Source of the DNA: an uncultured Alphaproteobacteria bacterium
GTDB lineage: Bacteria; Pseudomonadota; Alphaproteobacteria; Rs-D84
Assembly: GCA_947053455.1 (NCBI GenBank)
Contig: CAMRSV010000009.1
Coordinates: 1-33,469, forward strand
Direction: 5' to 3'
Length of the DNA: 33,469 nucleotides
The notes below the pieces were generated by a model. The model was not told the origin of the DNA, searched no databases, and saw only the letters and a list, made by a program, of their open reading frames with translations. Both the position numbers and the translations under genes were made by a program. Shown here in pieces: positions 10,484 to 20,305 of this stretch (positions are counted from its first letter, which is position 1; every line of letters begins with the position of its first letter).

Positions 10484-11602
10484 CTATTGGGTGACCACCT
10501 CCAAGTACAATGTTTCGCCGTTAACAACGGATAAAACATATTCCTTGCCGTCTTTGGGGGCATCGGCAACGGAAACCCGTGTTGCCAAATCCGCATTAAC
10601 GGCATTTATTTCATCATCGACGTATTGCGTTGTCGCATACCCTTCTAATGACACGCCACCATCCAGAACCGCCGCCGCAATCGCATCCGCAATCGCCCCA
10701 GACGTTACCATATTTTCTGACCCAGAAGTTGGCGCGGCGTCAAACGTCAATGTATCCTGTTTTCCCTGCAGCCCCGCCGCAACCGCGGTATCTACATATG
10801 TCTTGTCCGCTTTTAAATCAATCTTTGCATCCAATTCACCAAAATCTGCATCAATATCAGAAACCGCCGCGGCAATTGCATCATTCATTTGTTGGGTCGT
10901 GGAATAGTTGGACAAATCCACCGACGCACCGCCACCGATTTCAGACACCAAAATCAAGTCAACCCATTGACCATCACCCTGCTTCCATTGCAGCATACCG
11001 TCAGAATTGACACGAAAGTCCAAATCACCCCCGACGCCCATTGCAATCAACGCATCCGCCAATGAATCCGTATCAATGTAAATATCTTCTTTATCAACTA
11101 TGATAAATCCATCCTGGCGTGGATTTAACATATTCTGTTTTCCGTCCAATGCCTGGCTTACATTTTCTATGTCTTTATGCAAATCCTGAATCTTGGCATC
11201 CAATTCTTTTGCGGTGCTGTCATCAATGCCGCCGGACGAACCACCACCCGGATTAGGATTTGGTCTGATTGAACTGCCACCGCCGCTGATTGAGGTTGCG
11301 GTATCCAAATATTTGCCAATCGACAAGCGCGACGTCGGCCCAAGTGCGCGCACAGACCCCGCCCCAGATGCCGAAGTAACAGGTTTTGCCGTACCTGACG
11401 TTGGTGTCACGCGCACCGACCCCCCACGCATTGACGTCTTTGTTGTACCAGTCGCGGACGCGGCGCTTGCCGCACTGGTATACGTACCACTGCCGCCAAG
11501 TGACCGCACAGACGACGCACCATACGCATTGGTTGATGCCGCCGCACAAAACGCACAAACCATGGAAATTGACAACGCCGATATATTCAACTTGTGTTTC
11601 AT
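10484..11602 (-). CDS. Secreted fibre-like protein with Ser/Thr/Gly-rich N-terminus
   Basis: Signal-like N-terminus, low-complexity region, then KQNML, VDLSNY, KADKTYVD, KQDTLTFD..PT.GS.N.VTSG, YATTQYVD, DAPKDGKEYV. Confidence 0.8.
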   Translation of the reverse strand: MKHKLNISALSISMVCAFCAAASTNAYGASSVRSLGGSGTYTSAASAASATGTTKTSMRGGSVRVTPTSGTAKPVTSASGAGSVRALGPTSRLSIGKYLDTATSISGGGSSIRPNPNPGGGSSGGIDDSTAKELDAKIQDLHKDIENVSQALDGKQNMLNPRQDGFIIVDKEDIYIDTDSLADALIAMGVGGDLDFRVNSDGMLQWKQGDGQWVDLILVSEIGGGASVDLSNYSTTQQMNDAIAAAVSDIDADFGELDAKIDLKADKTYVDTAVAAGLQGKQDTLTFDAAPTSGSENMVTSGAIADAIAAAVLDGGVSLEGYATTQYVDDEINAVNADLATRVSVADAPKDGKEYVLSVVNGETLYLEVVTQ

Positions 11603-11650
11603 AATAATTATACCCTGTCGATTAACCTTTTGTATCATGTGTGCCTGATT

Positions 11651-12409
11651 TTAGAATTCATAACGCAATCCGACTGACAGCGAATTATCCAATATGAAAT
11701 CTATTTTATTTTCCAAAGTGTATGCAGAGTCCTTTAAATCGGCATTCTGTTTTGTTCCCATTATACCGGCCAAACGATAACGCAAATCCAGTACCATTTT
11801 TTCATCCATCCGGTGCGTCCAACCCAGCATCAAACCACCCATCGGCACAACCGTATTTTTTGAATAAGTCTCTGCAAAATCTGTGCCACTTATCTTTGTT
11901 GTTATAATACCAGCACCGGCGCCAACACCCAAATATACGCCACTTGCAAAATCATAATAGGCATTAGCCATCACATCAAATATTGACAGGCTAAATTCGC
12001 TTTTATAATCATTATCCTTAAAGAAACCGACATATCCGGCCTCAATCTCGCCGCGCCATGCGCTGGCGCCGAAATGCACTCCCAATGCGACATCGCCGCC
12101 AAATACAGGCTTGAACGAATATTTATCAGATACTAACTGTGGGACATCGGGTCCCAAATCATATTTATTTTCCCAATTTAGAAAACTTAATTCCGCGCGG
12201 GCAACAAGGTACATGCCGTCATGCGTATGCGGGCGCACCGAATTGTTCGATCCCACCGTCGCAGCAGCAGGCATCCCGTACACAACCGGTGACGGCGTTG
12301 GATAACCACCATACACATAATTATCCGGATAAACATAGCTTGGCACAGCGGCAACAGCGTTACCGACAAACAACCCCATCAACAAACACGACGAAAATAA
12401 ACTTTTCAT
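11651..12409 (-). CDS. Small outer-membrane beta-barrel (opacity/OmpA-like barrel)
   Basis: Signal peptide, MANAYYDF, YLGVGAG, LDLRYR, C-terminal GLRYEF; RBS GGAGAGG. Confidence 0.85.
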   Translation of the reverse strand: MKSLFSSCLLMGLFVGNAVAAVPSYVYPDNYVYGGYPTPSPVVYGMPAAATVGSNNSVRPHTHDGMYLVARAELSFLNWENKYDLGPDVPQLVSDKYSFKPVFGGDVALGVHFGASAWRGEIEAGYVGFFKDNDYKSEFSLSIFDVMANAYYDFASGVYLGVGAGAGIITTKISGTDFAETYSKNTVVPMGGLMLGWTHRMDEKMVLDLRYRLAGIMGTKQNADLKDSAYTLENKIDFILDNSLSVGLRYEF

Positions 12410-12525
12410 AAGAAAATCCTCTCCCATACTCTAGTTAAAACAGTATACCACATTTTAGGCATTCATCCAAACCATAAAATGAAAATATTGATAAAATTTT
12501 ATACAATTCCGCATTTCTTGTCCCC

Positions 12526-12554
12526 TTGACCGCAAAAAAAAATTTTACTACTAT
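12526..12554 (+). promoter_or_regulatory. sigma70 promoter of the ftsE operon
   Basis: TTGACC-17 nt-TACTAT, 7 nt before ATG 12562. Confidence 0.55.
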
Positions 12555-12561
12555 GAAAATC

Positions 12562-13338
12562 ATGGAAGACAATACCGTTATTTCTTTTGCAAATGTCGCG
12601 GCCGCATATGACGAAGGACGCGAAATTTTGTCGGATGTATCATTTAATATAAGCGCTGGGGCGTTTTATTTCCTGTCGGGTGCATCGGGGGCCGGAAAAA
12701 CAACATTATTAAGATTGATATATCAATTGCATAAACCATCCCGCGGTCAGGTAAAATTGTTTGGGCGTCCAACCCTTGACATGACACGCGACGATATCAC
12801 GGCACTGCGTCAAAAAATGGCAATTGTATTTCAGGAATATTCCTTGCTGTCCCATCTGACGGTGTTTGACAATGTGGCGCTGCCACTGCGCGTGCGCGGC
12901 GTGCCCGAGGCAAAAATAAAAAAACTGGTGGCCAAGGTATTAGATTGGGTTGGACTGGGCAAATACGCGGACGCAAACCCAAAATCACTGTCCGGCGGTC
13001 AACAGCAGCGCGTTTCTGTCGCGCGGGCAATTATTGTACAACCGGCAATCCTGCTGGCGGACGAACCGACGGGAAATCTGGACGATGAAAACGCGTCGCG
13101 CCTGATGGAGCTATTCATACAGATGAACAAAATGTTCGGAACGACAATTATTCTGGCCACGCACAGCCAAAAATTGATGGAAACGTATAAATTTCCAATT
13201 ATACATGTTGAAAATCACCGTGTTGGGTTCGCATCAAAACATGCGGATACCGTCGCAAAAAAAGTATGGAAAGGACCACGCCCGCAAAATTATTTCGCGG
13301 AACTGTCCAAACAATTTGATGATATTGGAAACGCATAA
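12562..13338 (+). CDS. ftsE: Cell-division ABC ATPase FtsE
   Basis: Walker A GASGAGKT, LSGGQQQRV, LLADEPTGNLD; followed by an FtsX-like gene; start could be 12553 or 12562. Confidence 0.9.
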   Translation: MEDNTVISFANVAAAYDEGREILSDVSFNISAGAFYFLSGASGAGKTTLLRLIYQLHKPSRGQVKLFGRPTLDMTRDDITALRQKMAIVFQEYSLLSHLTVFDNVALPLRVRGVPEAKIKKLVAKVLDWVGLGKYADANPKSLSGGQQQRVSVARAIIVQPAILLADEPTGNLDDENASRLMELFIQMNKMFGTTIILATHSQKLMETYKFPIIHVENHRVGFASKHADTVAKKVWKGPRPQNYFAELSKQFDDIGNA

Positions 13339-13340
13339 AA

Positions 13341-14177
13341 ATGAAACGGCCGATTGTATTTTCACTAATTCGCGAACAATCCATATTTATGACGGCAATT
13401 ATGTCATTGCTGACGTTTTTGTCGGTGCTGGCACTGGGGGTTGCACTGTCAATAGGAACCGGCGTAATCCGTTGGAATACGCAATGGGAATTGTTTGCCA
13501 CCGCCCAGGTGACATCCAAAAACAACGCGCCGCGTATTGAACAAATATTAAAAGACAATGCAGACAAAATAAAATCTGCAACCGAAATAACAAAATCAGA
13601 AATGGAAGACTTGATGCGTCCATGGATATCTGGGGGTGGTGCGCTTGAAAACTATTTGCCGAGAATGTGGGAAATTGAATTCAAATCAAAAAAAGACTTG
13701 GAATCGGTTGGCGCACAAATATCGCCGCATGCGCGTTTTTTAACACACGCGGGGGCGCTAAAGACATCAATGTCGGCCGGGTGGAAAATGATTTTCATCG
13801 CAGGCCTGGTACTGGTTCTAACATTGGGGGCAATTGGTGTGTGCATTGCGCATATTGCACGTAATACGGCCATGCTGCACAGACGCGAACTTGAAATACT
13901 AAACCAAATCGGTGCACGCGATTCGTTTGTCGCGCGGCAAATGCAGATTATTGTCGCAAAAATATGCATGCCGGCGGCATTATTCGGATTTCTGGCGGCA
14001 TTGCCGGTCATATGGCTGATACTGTCTGCCGCACACAGTGCGCGCGTGGGATTAATGGCAATGCTGGGGATATCGGGTGCCGGTTGGATTATATTGGTTA
14101 TGATGCCGGTATTCGTAGTTGTATTCGCAATATGGACAACACGCCGAACAACATTGAATATTCTTAAAAGCAACTGA
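13341..14177 (+). CDS. ftsX: Cell-division permease FtsX
   Basis: Four TM segments, ELEIL.QIGARDSFVARQ, LMRPWISG; directly after ftsE. Confidence 0.85.
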   Translation: MKRPIVFSLIREQSIFMTAIMSLLTFLSVLALGVALSIGTGVIRWNTQWELFATAQVTSKNNAPRIEQILKDNADKIKSATEITKSEMEDLMRPWISGGGALENYLPRMWEIEFKSKKDLESVGAQISPHARFLTHAGALKTSMSAGWKMIFIAGLVLVLTLGAIGVCIAHIARNTAMLHRRELEILNQIGARDSFVARQMQIIVAKICMPAALFGFLAALPVIWLILSAAHSARVGLMAMLGISGAGWIILVMMPVFVVVFAIWTTRRTTLNILKSN

Positions 14178-14686
14178 TGAAAATCATTAGACCTTCTTTT
14201 TTAATGCTGGCATGCTTTCTTTTGGGGGGATTGGTATTTAAATCAACCACGCCGCGCGAATGCGCGACAATTTTACCAAACGACAGCATATTTGTTCTGA
14301 CGGGGGATGCGCGACGTATTCCGTTTGCGATGCGCATACTGCGCGAACATCCGCAAACAAATCTGTACATAATAGGTGCCGGTGCGCCGGGCGCAATTAA
14401 GACTGCGCATCATGTAACAATCGAATCCGATTCGAAATCAACATATCAAAATGCACTGGCGATTAGAAATATTGCCTTACAATCGGGCCTGGATCGCGTT
14501 GTAATTGTAACAACCGAAGATCATATGAACCGCGCGCGATACCTGATAACACGCGAACTGCCGCATACAGACATTGCCATGTGCCCAGTGCGACTAATTG
14601 GAATGCCGCCTGCAAAAAGACTTGAACGATGGGCCACAGAATATATAAAATACATCGTCACTTTATTTGGAATAAACGAAAGTTAA
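14177..14686 (+). CDS. YdcF/DUF218 family protein
   Basis: VLTG..RRI, SKSTYQNA, IVT...HM.RA, EYIKY; usual alphaproteobacterial position after ftsX. Confidence 0.85.
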   Translation: MKIIRPSFLMLACFLLGGLVFKSTTPRECATILPNDSIFVLTGDARRIPFAMRILREHPQTNLYIIGAGAPGAIKTAHHVTIESDSKSTYQNALAIRNIALQSGLDRVVIVTTEDHMNRARYLITRELPHTDIAMCPVRLIGMPPAKRLERWATEYIKYIVTLFGINES

Positions 14687-14698
14687 AAGGAAAGGTAA

Positions 14699-15406
14699 AT
14701 GATAAAAACACTATTGTTCAAACTTATACTTGCAATATACTTTTTGGCATGGATGCCGATTTTGCTGGTGGGGCTGGTATTCAAACCATTAAATGATTTC
14801 CTGGTTCTTAAATGCGCGGCAGGTGTTCTGACACTGGCGCGGATAATTGCCGGCATAGATTATCAAGTTCACTATCCACAAACCGAAGAAAACGGTGTTC
14901 CGGTTATGCCAAATGGTAACAACCGCCTCGATGGCAAGGCAATAATCGCCGCCAAGCACATGTCAATACTTGAAATTGCGATACTGGCCAATGTTGTACC
15001 GAATTCTTTCTTTATAATAAAGCGGGAACTGATGTGGATTCCGATTTACGGGTGGGCGTTTTGGCGTATGGGACTGATTCCCGTTAATCGTTCGCGTGGT
15101 AAAACAAATATGAAAAAATTGGCCGGGCGTGCAGCTAAAAAAATCATGGACGGCGAAATCTTGATTATATTCCCCGAAGGTACACGCGTAAAACCGGGAC
15201 AAACCATTCAATTGCGGCGCGGGTTGCTATATATAGCGCACGAATTAAAACTGCCCATAATGCCGGTTGGAACAGATGCAGGTAAATTTTGGCCAAAACA
15301 TGGCCGCATGCATAGTGGTACAGCAAACGTGTGGTTTGAACCGCTATTGCCGTGCAATGCATCACTGGATGAAATAAGCGAGGCGATAAACCGTCACAGC
15401 GCATAA
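14699..15406 (+). CDS. plsC: 1-acyl-sn-glycerol-3-phosphate acyltransferase family
   Basis: AKHMSILE, IKRELMWIPIYGW, IFPEGTR. Confidence 0.85.
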   Translation: MIKTLLFKLILAIYFLAWMPILLVGLVFKPLNDFLVLKCAAGVLTLARIIAGIDYQVHYPQTEENGVPVMPNGNNRLDGKAIIAAKHMSILEIAILANVVPNSFFIIKRELMWIPIYGWAFWRMGLIPVNRSRGKTNMKKLAGRAAKKIMDGEILIIFPEGTRVKPGQTIQLRRGLLYIAHELKLPIMPVGTDAGKFWPKHGRMHSGTANVWFEPLLPCNASLDEISEAINRHSA

Positions 15407-15416
15407 ATTGTATGAT

Positions 15417-15827
15417 ATGAAAAAAATTATCACGGCAATATTTGTAATGTTTTCTACATTGTCCGCGAACGCCACGCCGGCGGTCGTGGACTATATATTT
15501 GATGGTGACACATTTGCCGCATTTGTAAAGCTAGAAGATGATATTCAAATATCTGTTCGCGTTCGCATGATAAATATAGATACCGCTGAAATTCATGGCC
15601 GATGTGAATATGAAACTGAACTGGCACAACGCGCCAAGGAACGCCTAACCGAATTGATACCGATTGGTTCAATGGTTGAACTTGAAAACATAAAAGATGA
15701 CAAATACCTGGGACGAATTGATGCAAATGTCATAATGCCCGATGGTCGTGACGCAGGTGAAGTTCTGGTATCAGAAAAATTGGCACGAAAATACAATGGC
15801 GGCCACCGTGACCCATGGTGTGAATAA
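15417..15827 (+). CDS. Secreted thermonuclease (SNase-like)
   Basis: Signal peptide, DGDT, VRMINIDTAE, DKYLGR, LARKY.GG.R..WC. Confidence 0.9.
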   Translation: MKKIITAIFVMFSTLSANATPAVVDYIFDGDTFAAFVKLEDDIQISVRVRMINIDTAEIHGRCEYETELAQRAKERLTELIPIGSMVELENIKDDKYLGRIDANVIMPDGRDAGEVLVSEKLARKYNGGHRDPWCE

Positions 15828-15936
15828 ACCATTTAATATAACCAATCATCATAACTTAAACAAAAATCCAAAAAACTTGACTTTAATGTTTTTCGTGTTA
15901 CATATTATTGCAATATTGTAACCAAGGAACAAAAGC

Positions 15937-16470
15937 ATGACAATAAATATGAATAAGGTAAAAAAGGCCGCACTGATTGCAGGAATTGCCGCGGCGTCTA
16001 TTGTACCACAAAAAATATCGGCAAAAAAACCGACAACAATCAAAAATAAAAAAAGCAATAATATTGAAATCGCAATCAATCCCGACGAATTACGGCAAAA
16101 TATACGCACGCTAGAGATTGATTCAATGAACTATGAAAACGTTAAATGTTTTGCCAATAATTATATTATAGAACATGCTGCAACATGGTGTGTTTTTGAT
16201 GAAATTACGAATATCACTCAAGAAGCATTGAAGGAAACCAAGGATTCTATTGCCATAAAGCATTTGAACAGAATTAAAGATGCAATAACACAAAATGAAG
16301 AAACGTTTCACTATGATTTTGAAGTCATGCTGGACTGTATTCTTGATAAAGAACTGGACTGGGAATGCAAATATATTCCCGCCACGAAAAACACATCAAA
16401 GAAAGAAATTTCTGATAAATTGGCAGAATATAGAAAATTGTTAAAAATATCGGAACAAAATCAAAGATAA
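15937..16470 (+). CDS. Hypothetical AT-rich protein
   Basis: 177-aa ORF with a hydrophobic N-terminal stretch, TTGACT upstream and its own terminator. Confidence 0.7.
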   Translation: MTINMNKVKKAALIAGIAAASIVPQKISAKKPTTIKNKKSNNIEIAINPDELRQNIRTLEIDSMNYENVKCFANNYIIEHAATWCVFDEITNITQEALKETKDSIAIKHLNRIKDAITQNEETFHYDFEVMLDCILDKELDWECKYIPATKNTSKKEISDKLAEYRKLLKISEQNQR

Positions 16471-16484
16471 AATACATACATAAC

Positions 16485-16515
16485 AAATCGGGCGCGAAAG
16501 CGCCCGATTTTTTTT
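16485..16515. terminator. Bidirectional intrinsic terminator
   Basis: AAATCGGGCGC-GAAA-GCGCCCGATTT followed by a T-run. Confidence 0.8.
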
Positions 16516-16530
16516 CCCATTACGCAATTA

Positions 16531-17850
16531 TTACGGCAATCTGGGCGACCAAGTAGGTTCAACACCACTAACATCATCAGGTAACGGTATGTCATAAACA
16601 TTTTGCCCCATAATGTCAACGGTACGTATATGACTTGTTCTATCCATGCCGTCCAGTGATTTTTCGGTCTCGTAATACACTACCCGGCGTGATCCCGGTG
16701 CCCAGGAAGGTGCCTCCATATACCAACCACCGGCTAATATTTTTTCATTACGCCCATCCGTATCCATAATGCCGATATAAAACGTATCGTCCGCAATTTT
16801 TGTAAATGCTATAAACTGTCCATCAGGCGACCAGGCTGGCGTAGCATACCGCCCCGCCCCGTATGTAATACGTTTCGCCTCTCCGGTGGCCAAATCCATT
16901 ACATAAATCTGTTGACGACCCGAACGATCGGAATTAAACGCAAGTTTTGTTCCATCAGGTGAATAACTGGGACTGGTGTTCAACGAATTTCCAAACGTCA
17001 GTTGGCGCAGTTTTTTAGATTCCATGTCATATTCATATATATGTGTAATTCCATTCTTGACCAATGACAATGCAACTTTGGTACCGTCGGGCGAAAAACG
17101 CGGCGCAAAATTCATTCCGCCAAAGCGCCCCAACCTGCGCTGTGCCCCGGTGTTTAAATCCAGTGTCCAAACCATTGGGTCGTCATCACGATATGACAGA
17201 AAAACTACCGACTGCATATTGGGCGAAAAATGCGGCGACATGACAAACGTGTTTTTATCCGACAGGTAACGCATGCCAAATCCGTCCTGATCCATTATGG
17301 CCATGCGTTTAACACGCGCATCCACCGGCCCCGATTCCGCGATAAATACAATCTGCGTATCGAAATATCCGATTTCACCCGTTAAACGTTCGTAAATCGC
17401 ATCAGCCATTATATGCGCTAGACGCCGTACTGATTTTTTTGACGCAATAAGCGACTGCGCCTCTATCTGCTCGGTACCATTTACATCCCAAACATAAAAT
17501 TCCAATTTATATTTGTCGCCAGGCTCTGACGAAAGGGTCGCCTGAACTAAAACATTTGCCTTTATCGCCGACCATAACTTAAAGTTCGGCATCTCATTCA
17601 TTTTTACATATTCAGGCAATGCGTCATGCGACACAATACGAAACAGTCCCGTTGATTTCAAATCATTTTCAACGACACTGCGTATTTTGGCGGCATCCTT
17701 GGCCGATGCAGTACCAGAAATTTCAAATTTTTGAACCGCAACCGAAATCGGTTCTGTGGCACCGGCAATAATATCAACCTTTAACTCGGCATGCGCCGGA
17801 AAAACAAAGAGCATCGCCCCCACAACAAAATATAAGAATTTTTTCAGCAT
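16531..17850 (-). CDS. tolB: Tol-Pal periplasmic beta-propeller protein TolB
   Basis: Signal peptide, DL..TGLF, AH..ADAIYERLTGE.GYFDT, repeated P.(F/W)SPDG blades. Confidence 0.96.
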   Translation of the reverse strand: MLKKFLYFVVGAMLFVFPAHAELKVDIIAGATEPISVAVQKFEISGTASAKDAAKIRSVVENDLKSTGLFRIVSHDALPEYVKMNEMPNFKLWSAIKANVLVQATLSSEPGDKYKLEFYVWDVNGTEQIEAQSLIASKKSVRRLAHIMADAIYERLTGEIGYFDTQIVFIAESGPVDARVKRMAIMDQDGFGMRYLSDKNTFVMSPHFSPNMQSVVFLSYRDDDPMVWTLDLNTGAQRRLGRFGGMNFAPRFSPDGTKVALSLVKNGITHIYEYDMESKKLRQLTFGNSLNTSPSYSPDGTKLAFNSDRSGRQQIYVMDLATGEAKRITYGAGRYATPAWSPDGQFIAFTKIADDTFYIGIMDTDGRNEKILAGGWYMEAPSWAPGSRRVVYYETEKSLDGMDRTSHIRTVDIMGQNVYDIPLPDDVSGVEPTWSPRLP

Positions 17851-17964
17851 ATTGTTCCCTTAAAACACATATAAATATCGCAATCTATTTTATACAGATA
17901 TTATAAAAAAGCAAGCCCACCCAACCAATACAACCGACCACACAAATCACAATACAAGAGTAAT

Positions 17965-18014
17965 TACAAATGCATTTACATTTGTATTGACATTTGTAAA
18001 TACAATGATATAGT
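17965..18014 (+). promoter_or_regulatory. sigma70 promoter with overlapping operator-like repeats
   Basis: TTGACA(17987)-16 nt-TATAGT(18009) with a TG extension; TACAAATG at 17965 and CATTTGTA at 17979 and 17991. Confidence 0.55.
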
Positions 18015-18059
18015 CAATTGTAAAGACGTAAGTATTGCAACCTGTATAGGAGTTTGTAC

Positions 18060-18284
18060 ATGCCAAATGTTATGCAGCAATTATTCGTAATGAACATTGA
18101 ATCTTTGCTAAAAGAGTATATGGCCTATCGCGCCTTTAATAAATCCGACTGTGTAATCAATATGCGAATACCGCGCCCTATTTTGGATAAAATAAAACAA
18201 TTGGCCGATCAGCAGCACGTCCCATACCAATCATTGATATCATCGGTGCTGTTTTCACTGGCCAATATAGAGGAACCAAAGTAA
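18060..18284 (+). CDS. CopG/BrnA-type ribbon-helix-helix antitoxin-like protein
   Basis: INMRIP...LDKIKQLA....VPYQSLI..VL; RBS AGGAG. Confidence 0.75.
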   Translation: MPNVMQQLFVMNIESLLKEYMAYRAFNKSDCVINMRIPRPILDKIKQLADQQHVPYQSLISSVLFSLANIEEPK

Positions 18285-18329
18285 CTACGCATATGCGAAC
18301 ATAACCCGCGAACAAAACAAGGAAAAAAT

Positions 18330-19238
18330 ATGCAGAATAAACAACTGGAAATTTTTAACTTTTTACACAATCATTCGCATCGCGTAAACGAATTTGCCGT
18401 CAGCACCCTGTTTCCGCAAATGTATAACAACCACAGCAACAATACGCAATATTGGTTGTATTCCGATTTGGCACAGTATTTTACAGAAATACACGCATAT
18501 AAGAATAAGAAAAATATCTCCGAAAATCTGAATCTTGACATGGCACGCATGTATGTACCCAAAGGATTTAAAAAACCAGATGACAATGTAAAATTTTCTG
18601 ACATGTTGTACAGACACATAGAAATATTTGAAACCAATTCGTCAGGCCATCAAAATGATGCAAAAATAACACGGCTTGCATGCGCTGCAATAACATATAT
18701 GCCGGAAACAATTCTTGCCCATTTGTATTTCATGATGCCAAATTCAGATTTCAATGAAATAAAAAACTTCAGTCATGATGTATCTAGAATATTTCGACGC
18801 CAGGAGTTGGCCGGTGTTGAAAAACATATCAATGGTATATTATATTCACTAAAGATTAAATTTGAATTATTTAGCATGATTACAAACCAGGCACTGTTTA
18901 ATGAACGCAGCGCAAACCAATTAAAATTATCTCATAACATAAGAATAAATCCTAGCGACCCTTTATCAAACTATATGCAGATTACGTCACTGAAAGCGCG
19001 AATATATAGTCTTGAACAGACGATAAAACAATACACCGCATATAGCTTTATGACGGCAGATAAATTCATAGACTTGGCGCGAAAGAATTTTGAAAATGCA
19101 CGGATGTTGATGATAAAAAATTACGGTCATACCCCAGAACAGGATTTAACACCAACCCACATATCTAGAATTCAATCGCGATATAATCAATTACAGCGCG
19201 AATTTATTAAAACATACAAAAACGAAAGCCTGCGGTAA
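18330..19238 (+). CDS. Divergent DNA-damage-inducible protein D (DinD)-like protein
   Basis: Colinear motifs recalled from DinD: DAKITRLAC (D..LSRYAC), AHLYF, RIFRRQEL (RLFLRNEL), LSNYM..TSLKA, G.TPEQDL...ISRI. Confidence 0.6.
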   Translation: MQNKQLEIFNFLHNHSHRVNEFAVSTLFPQMYNNHSNNTQYWLYSDLAQYFTEIHAYKNKKNISENLNLDMARMYVPKGFKKPDDNVKFSDMLYRHIEIFETNSSGHQNDAKITRLACAAITYMPETILAHLYFMMPNSDFNEIKNFSHDVSRIFRRQELAGVEKHINGILYSLKIKFELFSMITNQALFNERSANQLKLSHNIRINPSDPLSNYMQITSLKARIYSLEQTIKQYTAYSFMTADKFIDLARKNFENARMLMIKNYGHTPEQDLTPTHISRIQSRYNQLQREFIKTYKNESLR

Positions 19239-19244
19239 CGACAC

Positions 19245-19272
19245 AAAAAAACGCGGCACACGCCGCGTTTTT
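19245..19272. terminator. Bidirectional intrinsic terminator
   Basis: AAAAACGCGGC-ACAC-GCCGCGTTTTT. Confidence 0.8.
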
Positions 19273-19285
19273 ATTATTTTTAACC

Positions 19286-19633
19286 TTACCAGTTTAACAG
19301 TTCCGGGCATCCAATTGTTTTTGCACCAGATGTTGTCATCAAGAACGACAAAATTGTACCAATCATAAACAGCAAGATAAAGCCGACCAGCATCGCGGTA
19401 CCCTTGTTCTTGACATCATCCATTTTAACTTCACCCTTGGAAATAAATCCCCATGCCCAGTTTGCGATAATAAACGCCGCACCGATAAATGCCAATGTAC
19501 GCACCATATTGAATACGCCGCGAAAATCCTTCATCAAAACGCACAGACCGTTTTCATTAACGGCCGCCATTGCCGGCGCAGACACCATAATGCCAATTAT
19601 CGCCATATTAATTTTATAGATAAGTTTTTTCAT
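19286..19633 (-). CDS. TrbC/VirB2-like pilin (putative)
   Basis: Signal ending APAMA, two hydrophobic helices separated by a short charged loop, 115 aa. Confidence 0.55.
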   Translation of the reverse strand: MKKLIYKINMAIIGIMVSAPAMAAVNENGLCVLMKDFRGVFNMVRTLAFIGAAFIIANWAWGFISKGEVKMDDVKNKGTAMLVGFILLFMIGTILSFLMTTSGAKTIGCPELLNW

Positions 19634-19746
19634 ATTGGAACCCCTTTTGTCCTAATTATTTCCATATAATTTTATCATAATTTTACAATCGTTTCAAACA
19701 AAAAGCGCCGCGAATCACGCGGCGTCGTATTTTCATGAAAATTTAA

Positions 19747-20145
19747 TTACATTGCAGACATCAGGTAATATTTATACCCCGCCCCGCGGTTCGGGATAGA
19801 CCCCAACTGTGGCATTGCAATAAGACGCGGCGCCCCGGCCAGTGCCGATGTTTCCATACCGGCAACGGTCGCCGTGCCGGCATTCTTTAATACGCGACGT
19901 GTTGCCCCCGGAATTTGACCGCCATTGTCACGGATAAACAAATCTTCGCATTTTGTGTTGCGGTAAACCACTTTCTTGGACGCGTTCAAATCACGAACAT
20001 CTGACGACAGGCGTCCACCCTCTTCTTCAAATGAATATTCACAATGCTTGCCGTTTTGAACATACTTGACATTACCCGTGTAGTAATCATGGGCACAACC
20101 GGCCAACAAAATCGCCACAATCACCGAAACCAAAACTTTTTTCAT
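19747..20145 (-). CDS. Hypothetical lipoprotein
   Basis: MKK + hydrophobic core + LAGC lipobox. Confidence 0.75.
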   Translation of the reverse strand: MKKVLVSVIVAILLAGCAHDYYTGNVKYVQNGKHCEYSFEEEGGRLSSDVRDLNASKKVVYRNTKCEDLFIRDNGGQIPGATRRVLKNAGTATVAGMETSALAGAPRLIAMPQLGSIPNRGAGYKYYLMSAM

Positions 20146-20305
20146 ATTATGCATCCCTTGTATACAAAAACTCGGTATCGGTACTACATACCCGTTTCCG
20201 ATTCGAAACCATTATTGCACAAAATACGCAATTGTCAATATATTATAAAAAATGTATATTTTTCTAAATATGCGTGTGCTATAATTTCGCGCAAAGGGGA
20301 AAGTA

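Noticed and set aside
3094-12409. Prophage suggested by the integrase-like and fibre-like genes
   Set aside because: No capsid, terminase or portal genes; core genes are interleaved; the fibre proteins have Sec signals; the integrase is degenerate.
14699-15406. PlsC HX4D motif reads HMSILE
   Set aside because: HX4E is common in the alphaproteobacterial acyltransferases that follow ftsEX-ydcF, so it is not unusual.
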